Below are positions 8,562-15,146 of a stretch of DNA of 24,904 nt, piece after piece. Position numbers and translations under genes: made by a program. Source of the stretch: a candidate division WOR-3 bacterium (GTDB taxonomy: Bacteria > Hydrothermota > Tepidihabitantia > SM23-42 > CAYGYG01); the NCBI GenBank assembly GCA_965648915.1, contig CBFGIV010000031.1:1-24904 (forward strand), in the 5' to 3' direction. The notes below the pieces were generated by a model. It did not search any database and was not told the origin of the DNA. It saw nothing but the letters and a program-made list of their open reading frames with translations. Numbering within the stretch: the first letter of the stretch is position 1; every line of letters starts with the position of its first letter.

Positions 8562-8703
8562 TATGAATATACAGTTTTTTTGAAGAAGCATCAGCATCGA
8601 GTCGGTGTTGCTATAAATCAATGTGTCTACGAAGCACGGTAATGTGTTGAAACTTGCTGCAGGTATTATTGGTGCTGCGAGTTTGTAAATTTGATAGTTA
8701 AAG

Positions 8704-8731
8704 TTGACTTTTTTCATTTTTTGATTAGAAT
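8704..8731 (+). promoter_or_regulatory. sigma70-like promoter of the ACAD operon (probably leaderless)
   Basis: TTGACT (8704-8709), N16, TAGAAT (8726-8731); GTG start 7 nt downstream; no SD. Confidence 0.7.
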
Positions 8732-8738
8732 TATGACC

Positions 8739-9881
8739 GTGGAATATTTTCTATCTGAAGAACAGAAGAGAATAAAAGAGATTGCCCGGGATCTTGTTGA
8801 GAAGGTAATAAAACCGGCGCGACGCAAATATGATGAAGGGCATGACTTCCCCTATGATATAATCGGCGAGATTGCCCGGGAAGGCCTTTTCAAGATATTT
8901 GTGCCGAAAGAGTATGGTGGTTCAGGGGGTGGGGTCTTTGAGATGTGTATTGCAACTGAAGAGATTGCCCGAGGTTGTGGTGGTGTTGCCACTGCCTATG
9001 CGGTTGGTGCCTTAGGCGGATTCCCTATTGTCCTTTTTGCCAGTGAAGAACAGAAGAAGAAGTATCTTCCCAGGATTGCAACCGGTGAGATGCTATGTGC
9101 CTTTGCCCTTACTGAACCGGATGCGGGTTCAGATGCAGGCAGTATTAAAACCACTGCTCAGAAGGATGGTGATTTCTATATATTAAATGGGGTAAAGCAG
9201 TTCATCACCAATGGCGGAGTGGCTGATGTCTATACGGTTATTGCCATAACAGACCGGTCAAGGGGGGCACGGGGTGCATCGGCCTTTTTAGTTGAAAAGG
9301 GTTTTCCTGGATTCAGTGCGGGTAAAGAGGAAGATAAACTTGGCATCCGGGCATCGCTGACCGCTCAATTGTTATTTGAAGATTGCCGGGTCCATAAAGA
9401 TAATCTGATGGGCCGCGAAGGGATGGGTTTTATCTATGCAATGAAGAATTTTGATCGAGCCCGTCCCGGGGTTGGCGCCCTTGCCTTGGGTATTGCCCAG
9501 GGTGCATTTGAAGCGGTTATGGAATTTGGGAGGGACTTCGGTCTGCTCAATAACCAATTTTTCCAGGAAAAGATTGCGGACATGGCGACTGAGATCGAGG
9601 CCGGCCGGGCCCTGACCTATGCCTGTGCCCGGATGATCGATAGTGGAGTTAGGGAGTTTTCCAAAGATTCCTCTTTTGTTAAACTTTACTGCAGTGATGT
9701 GGCGATGCGCGTTACTCTCGAAGCGATCAATTTAATGGGCCCTTACGGTGTTTTGAAAGATTACGGGGTTGAGAAGATGGCGCGCGATGCCAAGATCACC
9801 CAGATCTATGAGGGGACAAATGAGATTCAACGGACAGTAATCGGACTGGAACTCATCCGCGAGATGGGTGGGAAGAGGTAG
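8739..9881 (+). CDS. Acyl-CoA dehydrogenase, catalytic subunit (380 aa)
   Basis: FALTEPDAGSD, KQFITNGG, KLGIRAS, RDAKITQIYEGTNEIQR with the catalytic Glu. GTG 8739 gives the typical MEYFLSEEQ N-terminus; ATG 8733 is an alternative start. Confidence 0.95.
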   Translation: MEYFLSEEQKRIKEIARDLVEKVIKPARRKYDEGHDFPYDIIGEIAREGLFKIFVPKEYGGSGGGVFEMCIATEEIARGCGGVATAYAVGALGGFPIVLFASEEQKKKYLPRIATGEMLCAFALTEPDAGSDAGSIKTTAQKDGDFYILNGVKQFITNGGVADVYTVIAITDRSRGARGASAFLVEKGFPGFSAGKEEDKLGIRASLTAQLLFEDCRVHKDNLMGREGMGFIYAMKNFDRARPGVGALALGIAQGAFEAVMEFGRDFGLLNNQFFQEKIADMATEIEAGRALTYACARMIDSGVREFSKDSSFVKLYCSDVAMRVTLEAINLMGPYGVLKDYGVEKMARDAKITQIYEGTNEIQRTVIGLELIREMGGKR

Positions 9882-9883
9882 TT

Positions 9884-10987
9884 ATGGAGATGACCCAGGA
9901 ACAGATTCTCCTTCAGAATACATTAAGAAAATTCAGCCAGAAAGAACTGCTCGATAAGGCAGGTGAGTTTGATAAGAAGGGTGAATTCCCTCAGGCAATT
10001 ATCGACAAACTGGCTGAGATCGGAATGATGGGTGCAGTGATAACCGAAGAATTTGATGGCACTGCCCTGGATATGGTCAGTATTGTTATTGGACTCGAGG
10101 AGTTGAGCCAGGTCTGTGCTTCGACCGGTCTGATTGTGACAGTCCATAATCTCTTTGTGGCTGATGCAGTTTTAAAATTTGGCAATGATGAATTAAAGAG
10201 ACAATATCTTCCAAAACTTGCCCTGGGTGAAATTATTGGCGGGTTTGCTGAACCCCAGTTGACCGAGGTGAATTTTAAGATCGATGGTGATAATGTTAGC
10301 CTCAATGGTTCATCCCGTAATATCATTTGTGGTGCTGCCCGGGGGCTGTTTCTGCTCTTGGCCAGAGAGGCAGCGGGCAATTCAAAATTGACCGCGATTG
10401 TGGTTGAGGGTTCAGCCGAAGGTGTGAAGATTAAAGGCAAGACTGAGACCTCGGGGATGCGAGCGGCCGGGATGCGTGAGGTTGTTTTTGAAAATCTGAC
10501 TGTCCCGCGCAGAAATATAATCGGTCAGGTTGGGGAAGGCCAGATGATCTACGATGCAATCTGTGATAGGGCAAGGATTGGACTTTCGGCAATTGGTTTA
10601 GGTCTATCCCAGGCAGCGGTTGATTCGTCGATAAAGTATGCCCGGACCCGTATCCAGTTTTCAGAACCCATCATCAACTTTGGTATGGTGCGCTCCAAGA
10701 TCGCCGAGATGGTGACCCGAACCCAGGTAATCAGACTGCTGGTCTATGATGCAGCATTAAAGTGCTCCCAGAATAGAGAGTTCACTAATGAATCGGCGAT
10801 GGCAAAATATCTCGCCGCCAGATTTGCAACGCAGAATACAACCGATGCAATCCAGATCCACGGTGGATATGGCTATACCAAGGATTATCCGGTTGAGCGG
10901 TATTTCCGTGACTCCCAAATATGCGCGGTCATCTGTGGTTCGTCCTATCAGGACCGCGAATTTATTGCCAAAAGGACAATTGGCTAA
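9884..10987 (+). CDS. Acyl-CoA dehydrogenase-like protein, degenerate (probably non-catalytic partner subunit)
   Basis: ACAD-like throughout. Retains YARTRIQFSEPI and AIQIHGGYGYTKDYPVERYFRD, but has AEPQLTE in place of TEPxAGSD and VICGSS in place of IYEGT. Confidence 0.88.
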   Translation: MEMTQEQILLQNTLRKFSQKELLDKAGEFDKKGEFPQAIIDKLAEIGMMGAVITEEFDGTALDMVSIVIGLEELSQVCASTGLIVTVHNLFVADAVLKFGNDELKRQYLPKLALGEIIGGFAEPQLTEVNFKIDGDNVSLNGSSRNIICGAARGLFLLLAREAAGNSKLTAIVVEGSAEGVKIKGKTETSGMRAAGMREVVFENLTVPRRNIIGQVGEGQMIYDAICDRARIGLSAIGLGLSQAAVDSSIKYARTRIQFSEPIINFGMVRSKIAEMVTRTQVIRLLVYDAALKCSQNREFTNESAMAKYLAARFATQNTTDAIQIHGGYGYTKDYPVERYFRDSQICAVICGSSYQDREFIAKRTIG

Positions 10988-11579
10988 TAGTTCTGTATTT
11001 GAAACGATCAAGCGGCGTCGGTCGGTCCGGCGCTATCAATCGAGGCCGATTGAGGAAGAGAAGATTTTAACCCTGCTCGAAGCGGCAAGGCTGGCGCCAT
11101 CTTCAAGTAATACCCAGCCCTGGCATTTTATCGTTGTCCGAAATCCGGAGACAATTAGAAAGATCAGAGACTGTGTGCCGGCAGGGAGTAAGCCCCTGCT
11201 CAATGATTTTATAAAGACCGCCCCAACTATAATCGTTGCCTGTGGTAAACCCCACCCGATAAATCATATCTTTACCGGACTTTTTGGCATAAGTATGCTG
11301 GCGATCGATGTGGCGATTGCTCTTGAACATATTGTTCTTACTGCTACAGAACTTGATATTGGTACCTGCTGGATCGGATGGTTCAGCGAAAAGAAGATAA
11401 AAAAATTGTTGAAGATCCCACCCGGGATCAGGGTAGTTGCCCTTCTCACCCTGGGGTATCCGGAGAATCCATCGACCAGAGAGGATCTGGGCGGGATTCC
11501 ACCAAAGCCGAGAAAACCATTAAATCAGATCTACTCCTTAGAATACTATGGAAATCATCCGGGAAAGATTAAGAACTGA
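10980..11579 (+). CDS. Nitroreductase-family flavoprotein (199 aa)
   Basis: IKRRRSVRRY, LAPSSSNTQPWHF, GTCWIG, LGYP, PRKPL. Start set at TTG 10980 (AAAGGA SD, overlapping the upstream stop); the 10788 start overlaps the ACAD gene. Confidence 0.93.
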   Translation: MANSSVFETIKRRRSVRRYQSRPIEEEKILTLLEAARLAPSSSNTQPWHFIVVRNPETIRKIRDCVPAGSKPLLNDFIKTAPTIIVACGKPHPINHIFTGLFGISMLAIDVAIALEHIVLTATELDIGTCWIGWFSEKKIKKLLKIPPGIRVVALLTLGYPENPSTREDLGGIPPKPRKPLNQIYSLEYYGNHPGKIKN

Positions 11580-11804
11580 ATGATTCATTTTTTCAGAATC
11601 ATTTAAATTTCTTCCTGCTCTCACGCTTAGTTCTTCCAGATCCGGTTTGAAACCATCCTTTTTTATCGAAATGATAAATCAAAGACCTTGTTACAATTTT
11701 CAGACAGGTATCCATCTACAGGCACAGAACTTTCTGTTTCATTATTATAATTAAATGTCTTTTCAATCTATCCTGAAATAATTGGGCCTGCTCCATTTTC
11801 TACC

Positions 11805-11832
11805 TTGACATTTCTTCTTTCTTGAATATTAT
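11805..11832 (+). promoter_or_regulatory. sigma70-like promoter of the trpS leader
   Basis: TTGACA (11805-11810), N16, TATTAT (11827-11832). Confidence 0.75.
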
Positions 11833-11838
11833 AGGATG

Positions 11839-11895
11839 ATGCTGAAGTCGATCTTGAACAATAAGTGGTCCTGGTACTTTTATACAGGTGGGTAA
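11839..11895 (+). CDS. Putative Trp-sensing leader peptide MLKSILNNKWSWYFYTGG (18 aa)
   Basis: ATG 6 nt after the -10 box; two TGG codons (11866, 11872); the stop lies inside the antiterminator arm, upstream of a terminator and trpS. Confidence 0.8.
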   Translation: MLKSILNNKWSWYFYTGG

Positions 11896-11950
11896 TATTT
11901 TTGCGCTGCTCATCTTTACCCGCCTGATCGAAAAAAGGCGGGTTTTTTTT
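11870..11950 (+). promoter_or_regulatory. Ribosome-mediated transcription attenuator of trpS
   Basis: Mutually exclusive hairpins. 1:2 = CCTG(G)TA/TACAGG (11870-11888). 2:3 = CAGGTGGGTAA (11885-11895)/TTACCCGCCTG (11916-11926). 3:4 = ACCCGCCT/AGGCGGGT followed by a T tract. Confidence 0.82.
11918..11950 (+). terminator. Intrinsic terminator (attenuator 3:4 stem)
   Basis: ACCCGCCT (11918-11925), 10-nt loop, AGGCGGGT (11936-11943), run of 8 T (11943-11950). Confidence 0.85.
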
Positions 11951-11985
11951 GACCTGCGGCCGGAGTTTACCGGTAAGGAGGTTTT

Positions 11986-12975
11986 GTGCCTAAAAAACGT
12001 ATCTTCAGTGGGATTCAACCTTCGGGTCGGCTCCACATCGGAAACTATGTGGGTGCGATCCGAAACTGGCTTGGACTTCAGGACGAGTATGACTGCATCT
12101 GGGGAATTGTCGATTACCACGCAATTACCGTCGCCTATGAGCCATCCGAGATGCCCAGAAGGATTCTCGAATGTGCAATTAATTATCTCGCCTGTGGTCT
12201 CGATCCGGACCGCTCAATCATTATGGTGCAGTCGCTGGTTCCCGAACATATCGAATTCGCCTGGCTTCTCAATACTGTAACACCGGTCTCCTGGCTCTTG
12301 AGGGTACCAACATTTAAGGAGAAGAGGCTTGAGCATCCAAAAAATGTTAATATGGGGATGATGGATTATCCGGTCTTGATGGCTTCCGACATATTGATTT
12401 ATAAAGCCGAATTTGTCCCGGTGGGTGAAGACCAGTTACCCCATCTTGAATTGACCAGGGAGATTGCACGCCGTTTCAACAGTATCTTCGGCAATCTCTT
12501 GCCCGAACCCAAGGAAATTCTTGGCAAGGTCCCGGAGATTTTGGGACTTGATGGAACGCGCAAGATGAGCAAAAGTCTGGATAATTGCATTTATCTTGAT
12601 GAAGACCCTGCAGTAATTGAAAAGAAATTGGCTACGGCAACGACCGATACCAATCGTAAGCGCCGCACTGATCCAGGAAACCCTGATCTCTGCAATATCT
12701 ATACAATGCATCGGGCATTTTCGAAGAGTGAAGAACTTGATCAGATAGATCGAGAATGCCGGATTGCCGGGATTGGTTGTCTTGATTGCAAAACCATTCT
12801 CGCCAAGAATATTATCGCGGTATTAAATCCGATTCGAGAAAGGCAGAAAGAGTTATGGAAAAAGCCAGAAGAGGTCAGGCAGATCCTAAGGGAAGGTTCG
12901 GCAAGGGCTCGGGAAATTGCTCGTAAGACAATATCGGAAGTGCTGAAGTTATTGGGGCTTGATTCGCTAAGATAA
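11986..12975 (+). CDS. trpS: Tryptophanyl-tRNA synthetase
   Basis: FSGIQPSGRLHIGNY (HIGH-like), DYHAIT, YPVLMASDIL, VPVGEDQLPHLE, KMSKS; GTG start with AAGGAGG SD. Confidence 0.97.
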   Translation: MPKKRIFSGIQPSGRLHIGNYVGAIRNWLGLQDEYDCIWGIVDYHAITVAYEPSEMPRRILECAINYLACGLDPDRSIIMVQSLVPEHIEFAWLLNTVTPVSWLLRVPTFKEKRLEHPKNVNMGMMDYPVLMASDILIYKAEFVPVGEDQLPHLELTREIARRFNSIFGNLLPEPKEILGKVPEILGLDGTRKMSKSLDNCIYLDEDPAVIEKKLATATTDTNRKRRTDPGNPDLCNIYTMHRAFSKSEELDQIDRECRIAGIGCLDCKTILAKNIIAVLNPIRERQKELWKKPEEVRQILREGSARAREIARKTISEVLKLLGLDSLR

Positions 12976-13027
12976 TAAATGGTAAGAGAGGATATAGGTT
13001 TGTCATAATACTTAAGGAGGCTAAAAG

Positions 13028-14020
13028 ATGACCAATGTTGCAGTTTTTGGTGCCACTGGACTGGTGGGGGAGACGATGGTTAAGGTTCTGGAGGAGCGAA
13101 ATTTTCCTGTGGCCAATCTCTATCTCTTCTCCTCAGAGCGAAGTCAGGGGAAGAGCATTGTTTTCAAAGATACCGAGATCGAGATCCTTTCTGAATTTGA
13201 AGATTTCCTCGATAAGATCGATATTGCTCTTTTCGCCATCGATAGCGAACTGAGTAAAGAGTTTGCGCCGAAGGTTAGAAAGAAGGCGATTATTATCGAT
13301 AATTCTAATGCCTTCCGGCTCGATCCCGAAGTTCCGCTGGTTGTTCCAGAAGTCAATCCGGAAGTGATAAAGAATCACAAGAACTTAATTGCCAATCCTA
13401 ACTGTTCCACAATTCAGATGGTAGTCGCCCTCTATCCCCTCCATAAGTACGCAAAGATCAAAAAGATTTTTGTTGCCACCTACCAGTCGGTTTCGGGTAA
13501 AGGTCGGGATGCAATTGAGGAGTTACAATATGAAACCGAGGTGCTGGCCGTTGGTGAACGCATCAAGAAATCTGAGGAGAGTATCTTTCCCTGTGCCATT
13601 GCGGGAAATGTAATCCCCGAGATCGATAAATTTCAGGATAATGGTTATACCCTTGAAGAGACCAAGATGCTCTATGAGACAAGAAAAATTTTGAGCGACG
13701 ATTCGATCGATGTCTCGGCCCATTGTGTCCGGGTCCCGGTTCTGGTTGGCCATTCCGAAGCGGTTTCGGTTGAATTCGAAGAAGAGATTACACCTGAGAA
13801 GGCGATCGAGTTACTTTCTGATGCACCCGGGGTTGTTGTTTATAAAGATTTTAAGGACTATCCCTTACCCATCGATGTGGCAGGCAAGGATGATGTTTTT
13901 GTTGGTCGGGTCAGGAAGGATCTGGTATTTAAGAACGGGCTGGCGATGTGGATCTGTGCGGACAATGTGCGTAAGGGAGCGGCAACCAATGCAGTGCAGA
14001 TTGCAGAAAGGTTGTTATAA
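13028..14020 (+). CDS. asd: Aspartate-semialdehyde dehydrogenase
   Basis: GATGLVG Rossmann motif, IANPNCST with catalytic Cys, TYQSVSG, CVRVPVLVGHS, DNVRKGAATNAVQIAE; AAGGAGG SD. Confidence 0.97.
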   Translation: MTNVAVFGATGLVGETMVKVLEERNFPVANLYLFSSERSQGKSIVFKDTEIEILSEFEDFLDKIDIALFAIDSELSKEFAPKVRKKAIIIDNSNAFRLDPEVPLVVPEVNPEVIKNHKNLIANPNCSTIQMVVALYPLHKYAKIKKIFVATYQSVSGKGRDAIEELQYETEVLAVGERIKKSEESIFPCAIAGNVIPEIDKFQDNGYTLEETKMLYETRKILSDDSIDVSAHCVRVPVLVGHSEAVSVEFEEEITPEKAIELLSDAPGVVVYKDFKDYPLPIDVAGKDDVFVGRVRKDLVFKNGLAMWICADNVRKGAATNAVQIAERLL

Positions 14021-14083
14021 AGACTGTATCAGTATCTACCCGGACTGAGACTGAAGCGCTCAGTCTTTGCCTTCAGACCAGGG

Positions 14084-14111
14084 TTGACTTTTAAATCGCC
14101 ATATATATAAT
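14084..14111 (+). promoter_or_regulatory. sigma70-like promoter of the GTPase gene
   Basis: TTGACT (14084-14089), N16, TATAAT (14106-14111); ATG 9 nt downstream; no SD. Confidence 0.72.
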
Positions 14112-14120
14112 TCTTAACCG

Positions 14121-15080
14121 ATGCCGGCAAACCTACCCCCTCAGTACTTTGAGGTCGAGAGGCGACTCAAGGATGCCAAGACGATTGAGGAAAAATTAGC
14201 GATCTATCGTGAGTTGCTCTCGATTATCCCCAAGCATAAAGGGACAGAAAAGCTTCAGGCTGAGATCAAGACCAAGATCTCGAAGTTGAATAAGGAACTT
14301 CAAAAGAAACCAGCGACAAAGAAAGGTATCGACTATTTCATTCCCCGAGAAGGTGCCGGGCAGGTTGTGCTGGTTGGCCCGCCCAATTCTGGCAAGTCGT
14401 TACTTTTGAATTCAATCACCAATGCCCGGTCTGAGGTGAGTGAATTCCCGTATACGACCCGGAGGCCGGTTGTCGGTATGGCCCCCTTTGAGGATATCCA
14501 GATTCAAATCATCGACCTGCCCTCCATCGGTGATGAAGAGGTTGATGCCTGGGTTTTTGGTCTGATCCGCAACGGTGATTTAATTCTTATCGTTGTTGAT
14601 CTGGGTAACGAATATTTCATCGAAGATACCGAACTGGTTATCGAAAAGTTAAAAGAGGCCCGGATCGAAATTGACCCTCAGGCAGGAAACTTTAAAAAAT
14701 CCCTTGGGATTGCGAATAAGATTGATCTTGATATGGCCCAGAATCGGCTTGATGACTTAAAAGGATATTTCGCCGGGAGATTTGAGATACTTGCCGTTTC
14801 GGCATTGACCGGCGCAGGCCTGGTTGAATTAAAAAAACTATTATTTAATATGCTTGATGTAATCCGGGTTTATACCAAGGCACCGGGCAAACCAATAGAA
14901 AAAAGGGATCCGGTTATCCTCAGAAAAGGGAGCACAGTGCTTGATGCCGCTGAAAGAATTCACAAGGATTTTGCCCGGAATTTGAAGTTTGTTCGGCTCT
15001 GGGGACGAAGTCTCCAGGGACAGAGGGTGGAGAGAAATTATCAATTGGAAGACGGTGATGTGGTTGAATTTCATATCTAA
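14121..15080 (+). CDS. DRG/Obg-family GTPase with C-terminal TGS domain
   Basis: N-terminus MPANLPPQY...PKHKGTEKL; G1 GPPNSGKS; G2 FPYTT; G3 DLPS; G4 NKID; G5 SAL; TGS domain IRVYTKAPG...STVLDAAERIHKDF...LEDGDVVEFH. Confidence 0.9.
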   Translation: MPANLPPQYFEVERRLKDAKTIEEKLAIYRELLSIIPKHKGTEKLQAEIKTKISKLNKELQKKPATKKGIDYFIPREGAGQVVLVGPPNSGKSLLLNSITNARSEVSEFPYTTRRPVVGMAPFEDIQIQIIDLPSIGDEEVDAWVFGLIRNGDLILIVVDLGNEYFIEDTELVIEKLKEARIEIDPQAGNFKKSLGIANKIDLDMAQNRLDDLKGYFAGRFEILAVSALTGAGLVELKKLLFNMLDVIRVYTKAPGKPIEKRDPVILRKGSTVLDAAERIHKDFARNLKFVRLWGRSLQGQRVERNYQLEDGDVVEFHI

Positions 15081-15091
15081 CCAACAAAAAT

Positions 15092-15125
15092 AAGAAGGGG
15101 TTAAGAGCGATCTTAACCCCTTCTT
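15092..15125. terminator. Bidirectional intrinsic terminator between the convergent GTPase and C25 genes
   Basis: Perfect 15-bp stem AAGAAGGGGTTAAGA-GCGA-TCTTAACCCCTTCTT; followed by ATTTTTGTT on the - strand. Confidence 0.88.
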
Positions 15126-15146
15126 CCTTGATTTTGATCTAATTAC

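Noticed and set aside
10788..10979. N-terminal extension of the nitroreductase
   Set aside because: It overlaps the conserved ACAD C-terminus; TTG 10980 with an SD fits the family length.
11364..11385. WIGW (WxxW) in the nitroreductase as a C-mannosylation site
   Set aside because: This is a cytoplasmic enzyme and the motif is part of the normal family signature.
11599..11742. Minus-strand MKQKVLCL*MDTCLK... as an amber-readthrough or small gene
   Set aside because: No SD, no matching promoter geometry, no recognisable homology; TAG is used as a normal stop elsewhere in the window.
11836..11985. T-box riboswitch upstream of trpS
   Set aside because: No TGGNACC T-box bulge in an antiterminator context and the leader is too short for stem I; leader-peptide attenuation explains the sequence.
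11888..12280. 130-aa ORF overlapping the trpS leader
   Set aside because: It is out of frame with trpS, crosses the terminator, and has no protein-like signal.
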